This document shows, piece after piece, positions 11,701 to 18,900 of a stretch of DNA of 64,000 bases. The position numbers were made by a program, and so were the translations under genes. The notes under the pieces are model-generated. The model did not search any database. It was not told where the DNA came from and saw nothing but the letters and a program-made list of their open reading frames with translations. Within the stretch, counting starts at the first letter, position 1. Each line of letters starts with the position of its first letter. Source of the stretch: Blastocatellia bacterium (lineage in GTDB: Bacteria > Acidobacteriota > Blastocatellia > UBA7656); NCBI GenBank assembly GCA_963765495.1, contig CAVXWP010000007.1, positions 544,001 through 608,000 of the forward strand. Direction: 5' to 3'.

Positions 11701-14700
11701 CCCGCACGCTCACGAGCATGACCTATGACGACAACGATGTTACCCATAGTCTGACCATCGCGGGCGGCGATCTCACGCTTGCAAGCGCCGCGACGGCGCT
11801 GACTTTGACAAACGGGCATATCCTCACCGGGGCCAATACTTTGATCCTGTCTTCCGGCACGGCCACTGTGACGCGAACAAACGGTTTCGTAGACGGCAAT
11901 TTCAGAAAGACCTACGCGGCGGCGGTCAACAAGACGTTCGAGGTGGGAACGGCCAACGGATTTTCGCCCGTAGCGGTCAACGCAACGGCCGGGACGTTCC
12001 CGGCTACGTTTACCGTAAAGGCGGTGCAGGGGCCGCAGCCCAATATCCTGTCGCCTCAACTGGCGCTGCAAAGATACTGGGTCCTCGACACCGCAGGAAT
12101 TACGACCGCCGATTTGACGTTCAACTATCTCGACCCGACCGACATCCCTGTCTCGGCTACCGAGGCGAATTTCGTCATCTTCAAGTATGACGGCGCGTTT
12201 ACAATGCCCGGCGGCACGGTCAACACCGCGGCCAATACGGCAAACATTACCGGCGTCATGTCGTTTTCAGACTGGACGCTTGCCGAACCGACCGCGCCTA
12301 CCGCTATCCAACTGGCGAGCTTCAGGGCCAGCAGCTATGACGCGGAGACGACCGGCGGCGGCGCTTCCGCTTCGAAGCGGAAATCGGGCGTCCTCATCGA
12401 ATGGAGAACCGGATTTGAGGTCGCCAACCTCGGCTTTAACATCTACAGACAGGAAGGCGAGAACCGCGTGCGGGTCAACCCCGATCTGATAGCGGGCTCG
12501 GCGCTGTTTGTAGGCGGCTCGACCGCATTGACCGCCGGACGCAGCTACAATTGGCGCGATCTCGGGTCGCGTGCCGGAGCAAACACCGATTACTGGCTCG
12601 AAGAGATCGACCTCAACGGCCAGAGCATCTGGCACGGTCCTGTAAGACCGACGCCTTCATCGGGCAGGCAGTTGTCATCGCTCGCCTCAGGCGACTCGAA
12701 GACGATGAGCGAGGTAAGCACCGAAACGGCCCGCTCGGGCGTGACCCGCCCCGTCGAGCAGTTCGCGCAATCGAGTAAATTCACAACCGCCCAGAAGAAG
12801 GCGCAACTTACCCTCGCGGGACAATCTGCGGTTAAAATAAGCGTGAGGCAGGCGGGCTATTACAGAGTCGGCCAGCCTGAATTGATCGCGGCCGGAATCA
12901 ACCCTTCGGTCGATCCGCGCCTGTTGCAGTTGAGCGTCAACGGGCAGGAAGTGCCGATCAGAGTGAGCGGAGAAAGTGACGGTCACTTCGATGCCGAGGA
13001 CGCGGTCGAGTTTTACGGCACGGGCGTAAACACGGCCTCAACGGATGCCCGCGTTTACTGGCTTGTGGCGGGGGCTCAGGCGGGCCGCCGCATTCAACCC
13101 GTGAGCGACGAGGGGACGGTCGAGTCGGGCAGCGGCTTTGCCTATACGGTTGAGCGCAGAGACCGCACGGTCTATTTCTCGGCGCTCAGAAACGGAGAGG
13201 CCGAGAACTTCTTTGGCGCGGTCCTTGCGCGCGATGCCGTGGATCAGACGCTCGCAGTCGAGCATCTGGACGGAGCGGGCGAGCAGGCGACGATTGAGGT
13301 CGCAGTGCAGGGAGTCACGCAGGTTCCGCACCGTGTCGGTGTCGAGATCAACGGCGAGTATGCCGGAGAAATGCTGTTTTACGGGCAAGCGGAAGGCAGA
13401 GGCACGTTTGCCGTATCGCATTCCTCGTTGAAAGAAGGCGATAACACGGTCAGGCTCGAATCGCGCGGCGGCCAAAATGATGTGAGCCTTGTGAATTACA
13501 TCAGGCTCACCTATCAGCACACCTTCATGGCTACGGACAATCTGTTGCGCGTGAATGCTTCGGGCAATCAGGAGGTGAGCATCAATGGATTCAGCACGTC
13601 AGATATTCGAGTGCTTGATGTCACCGACCCCGATAACGTTCAGGAAGTGCAGGGAAGCATAAAACGGGTGAAGGCGACTTATCAGGTGACCGTAGGCGTA
13701 CCGGGCGCGGGGGCGCGAAGTCTGCTTGCGATTGCCGAAGATCGGTTCGACGCTTCGGCGGCGGTTGTAGCAAATCAGCCTTCGAGCTTGCGGCAGCCGA
13801 AGAATGGAGCCGACCTGCTTATCATTACGCGAGCGGAATTCATCCCCGCCCTCGATCCGCTGGTTGCGCTGCGCCAGAGCCAGAAACTCGCCGTGGCGGT
13901 CATAGATATAGAAGACATCTATGATGAGTTTAGCTTCGGGCAGAAGTCGCCCGAGGCGGTCAGAGATTTCCTTGCCTATACGCGGGCAAGCTGGAAGAGG
14001 AAGCCGCAATATCTGCTCCTGGCAGGAGATTCCAGCTTCGATGCGAAGAATTATCTTGGGCTGGGAGATTACGATCTGGTTCCGTCGAAGCTTCTCGATA
14101 CTGTCTATCTCGAAACGGCGTCGGATGACTGGCTGGCGGATTTTGACGGAGACGGGCTGGCCGATATGGCCGTAGGCCGTTTGCCTTTCCGCTCTGTGGA
14201 TGAGGCGACCAGACTGGTATCAAAGATAGTCGGATATGAGAAGAAGGGAAGCTCGGCCTCGGTGCTGCTTGTAGCCGACCTGCCCGACGGGTACAACTTC
14301 GGGGAAACCAACGATCAGTTGAAGACGCTTGTTCCCGGAAACATTCGCGTTGTGGATGTGCGGCGCGGCGTAGACGATGATGCGACTACGAGGCAAAGGT
14401 TGATTGATGCTATCAACCAGGGTCAGAAGGTAGTCAATTACGTCGGGCATGGTTCGGTGACACTGTGGAGGGGCGACCTTCTGACATCGGATGATGTGAA
14501 TCAGTTAACAAACGCCGACAGATTGCCGTTGTTTGTGACGATGACGTGTCTGAACGGATACTTCCAGGACCCGACGCTTGATTCGTTGGCCGAGACCCTT
14601 TTGAAGGCCGAGCGCGGAGGAGCTATAGCCGTGTGGGCATCAAGCGGAATGACGATACCGGGAGATCAATCGTTGATGGATCGCGAGATGTTTAGAACGT

Positions 14701-14825
14701 TGTTTGGCACACCCGCCGGGCAGCGTCTGGGCGACCTGACGGTTAAAGCAAAGGCGGCGACCGGAGACAAAGACGTTCGGCAAACGTGGATACTGTTTGG
14801 CGATCCAAGCATGAGATTGAAATAA
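8772..14825 (+). CDS. Giant secreted protein: adhesin-like passenger (Fn3, G8-like, Gly/Thr/Asn-rich beta-helix), Ig-like domain and PorU-like C25 peptidase module
   Basis: Signal/TM segment. Fn3 (PTAPTGL...LNWTD...GLNPSTTYFWRVFAV). G8-like GGNWSNPATWVGGSVP...DNVTI. Junction FSDWTLAEPTAPTAIQLASF...EWRTGFEVANLGFNIYR. C25 motifs NYVGHG, MTCLNG and LFGDPSMRLK. Confidence 0.85.
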   Translation: MKISKKNLTLKKSSGRLIVATTLMFFLSVIFYPVTQGQNGSQGQNVIERATATLDGSALESGKKAQASRGLGESGAKGSGVSGSGSGSATKQSPNVGEVASNYTFATNTTASLTDMSTGTTQLLGPNIDDTASALTNIGFDFYFQGARFSQFSINENGVFRLGATAQSSTPYKPLAQAGIPIITAYGADQRTHAGDGKVHFKVTGSAPNRVLTVEWLNNQANFNTGGTADLTYQVRLYETTGVIELVYGSMTMSAAGAADANSRDPNIGFSSSNTVGTVGSVTAAQSGTPAPTFDGTSATAVANLYTAGAITVLTSATNGSRRIFSFTPPTPTAPTGLNFTGVAPTAMMLNWTDSPNETIYAIYRSTDGTNFTFDGTAAQNATSYAASGLNPSTTYFWRVFAVSEGALSTALSGSQMTSPAGIVMSTAAGGNWSNPATWVGGSVPIASDNVTIVDGATVTIDTAAVALNVTVGQGSSGILQYETTTARTLTVGQSVVVSAGGTFQSAATGTVTTHVLSVGTDLTNNGNIDFSTNSNTAGAGITFTGANDASFTLGAASTTDFKQTAGVTLNKGTNNTPVLTFLPGGTVTVLGANAVGFLTITNGTFKLSGANTFSNPVFNAAAYSIPATGGFWMNNANATVVGLNGTSTLTGMFRMSQGTFNIGIATGNSMGFATGSNILVEGGAINATGRFAVSASTSVITYNQSGGTITVCTIGNASTTLANFDLGTAIGSTVNITGGTIIVQLANTGGSGPRDYRHQAGTTGILSVTAGTLQLGNAASGAAKAFNIAGVLPNLVLNNASANHSATFLAPVAFNNISLDITINTGNTLNIGNNVFLMNGATLTNNGTLTANGASSNFVWFLTTAPQMYTGSGTVTAPVTNFAIQSDMGLTIDPASSNIVVGAIRLFSGNLINSNKITLGNGGATTGIVQIGNTTTPTAAGTFDVPFTFNLGTGGETVSYLRTTLTRTTGPEINPTRTLTSMTYDDNDVTHSLTIAGGDLTLASAATALTLTNGHILTGANTLILSSGTATVTRTNGFVDGNFRKTYAAAVNKTFEVGTANGFSPVAVNATAGTFPATFTVKAVQGPQPNILSPQLALQRYWVLDTAGITTADLTFNYLDPTDIPVSATEANFVIFKYDGAFTMPGGTVNTAANTANITGVMSFSDWTLAEPTAPTAIQLASFRASSYDAETTGGGASASKRKSGVLIEWRTGFEVANLGFNIYRQEGENRVRVNPDLIAGSALFVGGSTALTAGRSYNWRDLGSRAGANTDYWLEEIDLNGQSIWHGPVRPTPSSGRQLSSLASGDSKTMSEVSTETARSGVTRPVEQFAQSSKFTTAQKKAQLTLAGQSAVKISVRQAGYYRVGQPELIAAGINPSVDPRLLQLSVNGQEVPIRVSGESDGHFDAEDAVEFYGTGVNTASTDARVYWLVAGAQAGRRIQPVSDEGTVESGSGFAYTVERRDRTVYFSALRNGEAENFFGAVLARDAVDQTLAVEHLDGAGEQATIEVAVQGVTQVPHRVGVEINGEYAGEMLFYGQAEGRGTFAVSHSSLKEGDNTVRLESRGGQNDVSLVNYIRLTYQHTFMATDNLLRVNASGNQEVSINGFSTSDIRVLDVTDPDNVQEVQGSIKRVKATYQVTVGVPGAGARSLLAIAEDRFDASAAVVANQPSSLRQPKNGADLLIITRAEFIPALDPLVALRQSQKLAVAVIDIEDIYDEFSFGQKSPEAVRDFLAYTRASWKRKPQYLLLAGDSSFDAKNYLGLGDYDLVPSKLLDTVYLETASDDWLADFDGDGLADMAVGRLPFRSVDEATRLVSKIVGYEKKGSSASVLLVADLPDGYNFGETNDQLKTLVPGNIRVVDVRRGVDDDATTRQRLIDAINQGQKVVNYVGHGSVTLWRGDLLTSDDVNQLTNADRLPLFVTMTCLNGYFQDPTLDSLAETLLKAERGGAIAVWASSGMTIPGDQSLMDREMFRTLFGTPAGQRLGDLTVKAKAATGDKDVRQTWILFGDPSMRLK

Positions 14826-14831
14826 GATAAC

Positions 14832-14908
14832 CCGGTTTGACAGGACTTACGGGATTAAAAAGATCAGGAGAAAATCTTTTTGAATCCCCTACGTCCTGTC
14901 AACCCCGG
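14832..14908. repeat. Long imperfect inverted repeat between convergent genes (bidirectional terminator or REP-like)
   Basis: TTGACAGGACTTACGGGATT...AATCCCCTACGTCCTGTCAA with an inner AAAAAGAT/ATCTTTTT pair. Confidence 0.65.
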
Positions 14909-14959
14909 ATTTCATTTACGCATTCCCAATAAACGGAGGTTGGTTTAATCTCTACGGGT

Positions 14960-15367
14960 TTAATGGGGCTGGATGCCGGAAGGGTTACAGGTCATCTCGA
15001 TGACGGTGTATTGCTTCTTTAGCCTTTCAAGCTCTTTACTCTGCTGATCCAGAATCTCCAAATAATCGGCGGGTGGATTGCCCCAGCATCCCGCGAGCCT
15101 GTAAAAGCGAATCTCTCTGCCGGTCCGGTCAACGAGTTTGCCAGGATCGCATCGCGCTTTCATCTCCGTCAATTTGTCTCGGACGGATATCTGTTTGATC
15201 GCGCCCGTCTCTTTCCCGGGCTTTGCGTCTTCGGTCGAGACGATGTCGGAAAGTTTTATATCAGGCGGAAGACAATCCTGGAGCGACTCCTGATTTTTGT
15301 GGCACGTCGTCATAGGAAGGCTCAACCCGAGCCAGAGCGCGAAACTGAGAGCGGCAAACAATTGCAT
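14960..15367 (-). CDS. Small exported Cys-containing hypothetical protein
   Basis: 135 aa with a hydrophobic N-terminus and a GGAGG RBS upstream on the minus strand; five Cys including GCWGNPP. Confidence 0.7.
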   Translation of the reverse strand: MQLFAALSFALWLGLSLPMTTCHKNQESLQDCLPPDIKLSDIVSTEDAKPGKETGAIKQISVRDKLTEMKARCDPGKLVDRTGREIRFYRLAGCWGNPPADYLEILDQQSKELERLKKQYTVIEMTCNPSGIQPH

Positions 15368-15595
15368 GATATTCCTCCCGGCGTGCTGGTCATGTGTCTT
15401 TATATATGCCAGGGTCGGGCGCGGTCAATGTGCGGTCAATTTCTTGTGGAAGGGGGTAAATATATTCGACGCGGAAATACATGCGAGGAGCTTTGAAAGA
15501 CAAAGGCTCACAGCGAAAGCTATAGATTTTTGATGGCTGCATGCCTTAGTGATAAATCATCCTTTTTGTGGTGCTGAAATCCTTACTATATACCC

Positions 15596-15625
15596 TTGAC
15601 GAATGGCACAGGCTGGAAGTAGGAT
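15596..15625 (+). promoter_or_regulatory. Putative sigma70 promoter for the 1915-aa gene
   Basis: TTGACG-18 bp-TAGGAT. Confidence 0.4.
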
Positions 15626-15919
15626 AGCGCCACACCAGTGATTGTTGAGTTGAGGAGGCTTTTTCAAGACCTGTAACCTGGGATTATGCTCTGCTGATTA
15701 CAATACAAAAGCAAATCGCGTCGGTTTTGAAATGCTAAATAAATATCTGTGAGTTTTGCGGGCCGGAAATGCGCTGGTTTTACTTGAATCCATCAGTGGA
15801 AATAGCTCTGATAGGTATAACCGAGGATTTGCTCGGATTGAGCGCGAATCCTTCGAAGAACTGGCGCTGAATCTTCCGGGTTTCGTTAAGGCATAAATAG
15901 CATCAAGAGGAGACATAGA

Positions 15920-18900
15920 ATGAGGGTTTCAATAAAGCGCGCAAGGCATTTGGGAAGTCTGGCAATTATTGTTGTTGGATTGGCAGGCTGGCTGGTTTTG
16001 CCGGGACTTTTAGGCCGGGCTACAACATCCGCTCATATCGGCGAACAGGGGTTGTCAAAGGGAGCACAGGTAGAGGCCGGACTCGACCCCCAACGCCAAA
16101 AAGCGCTTGAGAACCTCTATGCTCAATTTACGGCAGGCGCACCTTTTTCAAGAGAGGAATCCAATATCCTGACCAGATTTGGCGCAGGTGAGAAGATATA
16201 CGATCTTGAGGCCGATATAGTAATCTCTCGCGCGCTTTACGCTTATTACATTCTGGGCAAGGCATTGACGCGTGATCAGCAGGTTTTGCTCGACAGGTAC
16301 AGTTCAGCCGTTGCGCACCGAAACACCGATATAGCCGACCTGAAAGAACAGCTACAGCAGCGGCGCAAGGCTGCCGCCGCAAATGCGCCGCCTCGGACGA
16401 CACCCGAAGTTGCGCCCGCAAATGACACCTGCGCAGGCGCTCAGGTTGTTCCCGCCGCCGGGCCGTTTCCTTTTCTGACTACAACCGTCGATATCACCGA
16501 CGCGACAGGCACAAATGAACCGGCGCTCCCTACGTGCACGTCACCGGCATCGCCTCCCGATCCGACCGTTGTCACGCGAGGCGTCTGGTACACCTTTACT
16601 CCGTCAGCGACGGCAACCTACACCCTGGCCACCTGCGCGGAAGCGCCCACCGCTACGACGGTTGACGATACGGTTATGGCAATCTACACCTCCACGGGAG
16701 GTTGCGCCGGTCCGTTCACTCAGTTGGCGAATGATTCCGGGGATATTGACGGGTGTAACGACGACAGTTGCGTCACTTTACAATCATCATTGCAATCGCA
16801 AATAACGACGCGTCTCAATGCGAGCACTACATATTACATCGTGATCTCGCTTTATGGCTCAGACCCACCAATAACGGGCATGACAAATGTCCAGATGAGA
16901 ATTACCAAAGAGAACCCTCCTGTAAATGACACATGCGCGACAGCGCCTTCGCTATCGCTCAATACGCCTGTCACAGGGTCTTTAATAGCAGCGCAAAATG
17001 ATTATCAACTAAATAATTCAGGTTGTTTTTCAGGCGTAGGGCAGACGCCGTCAACCGCAGCGGGTCGCGATGTGGTCTATTCTTTCACAGCGCCTTCGGC
17101 GGGTACCTACTCATTCAGAGTTACAAAATATAACGGCAGCGAGAGCGATCTGGTTATGTATGCCGCAAGCACCTGTCCGGCGGCAACGCCCGGAACCCCT
17201 GTAACCGTTAGCGGTTGTCTGGGCGCATCCAATCGGTTCGTTTCCGATTTCTTTGGAGGCCCATTCTCTTCGGAGGAAATTACTTGTCTTTCGCTTACTG
17301 CGAGCCAGCAGATCTTCATATTCGTAGACCAGGATAGTTTGAGCACGGGCAGCACTTTTACCATCGAAGCGAACCAGTGTGTTCGCGAAACCGAGGCGAA
17401 TAATACTCCTGCCACAGCCAATCCTTTCGTATGCGGTATAGAAGGAAGTATTACTCCGGCAGGAGATGCGGATTTTTATTCTCTGGGGACATTTACGTCC
17501 GGCTCGCGTCTGTTTGCGCTGGTTGATGGCGTGGCCGCCAACGGGGACGATTTCGATCTGCGCGTGACCACAACCACCGACACACTTGAGTACGACGATA
17601 TAGATTCAACCGAAGCCTTTGGCGATAACTCGGGAACCGTTGCGGGTACGCCTCTAACGAGCGCGGCAACGTTTCTGAGGGTGAGCTATTTCGATCCCTC
17701 AACGGCGAGCGAGCCATATCGTGTGTACGCGGCGGTGCAACCTCCAATCGCTTCGGCTACTTCGGAAACCGAGCCGAACAACACAATAGGAACTGCCAAT
17801 TCGGCTGCGAATAACTATTTCACTGGAACGTTGAGCGGCCCGTCGCCATCGACCGATATAGACATCTATAGCTTCACGGGGCAGGCCGGAGACCTGGTAT
17901 TCATCGGTCTGGATGGCGACCCGCTTCGAAACAACACTCCGATCAATGCCAGGCTGGCATTGCTGGACTCGTCCGGCAACTTAATACTTGAAGTCAACAA
18001 CAACAATTCTTTTTCAAATACGACTTCGGGTGCGGGCAGCCTGACATCAACGACACCAAATTCGCCTGCCGAGTCTATCGTATTTCGGGTGATGACAGGA
18101 GGCACTTATTACGCGAGAGTAGCAATTGATTCATTCGCCACCGGAGCGGTTGCAAGCGGAGATTATCTGCTTTCGATAGCAAAGAATTGTACGACAGGCC
18201 CTTCGGTCAGCAATTCAATATCAGGGACGATCTCTTATTGCATCGACAACTCAAAGAAAGTCCCCAACGCCACCGTCCAGACTACCAGCGGTTCCCCTTC
18301 CGCTTCCACTACTACTAACGCCTCCGGCTTCTATCAACTCGATAACCTCGGCACTGGCCCTTACACCGTTGCTCCTTCCAAAACCGGTGCCGTCTCCGGC
18401 ATCTCTGCTCAGGATATCGGTATCCTCCGCCGCCTCGCCGCTGGCATCGATACCCCCACTCCCTGTCAATCCATCGCTGGCGATACAGATAACAACGGCT
18501 CGCTCGGCGCCCAGGACATCGGCTTCCTTCGAAGATTTGTCGCTCAACTTACTACCACTGGCATCACTGGCTCCTGGAAATTCTCTCCCGCCTCTAGGAG
18601 TTATCCCTCGCTTGTTTCAAATCAAACAAACCAGGATTACGATGCCTTGCTGATCGGAGATGTTGACGGCAACTGGACCCCCGCTGCTCCTGATCCTGCT
18701 TCATTTCAGAAGAGTCAGGCTCCTTCGGCCACTAACCTTGCCCTCTCTTTGCCCAGTGTCGTTGCTCCTCCCGGTTCTACTGATGTCTCTATCCCGGTCA
18801 TGGTTAACGGCACTCTCACAAACGGCGATTTCGTTTTGGGCTACACAATCGAGATCAGTTTCGATCCCAGCGTGCTGGTTCCACATTCGCCCTCATTCAA

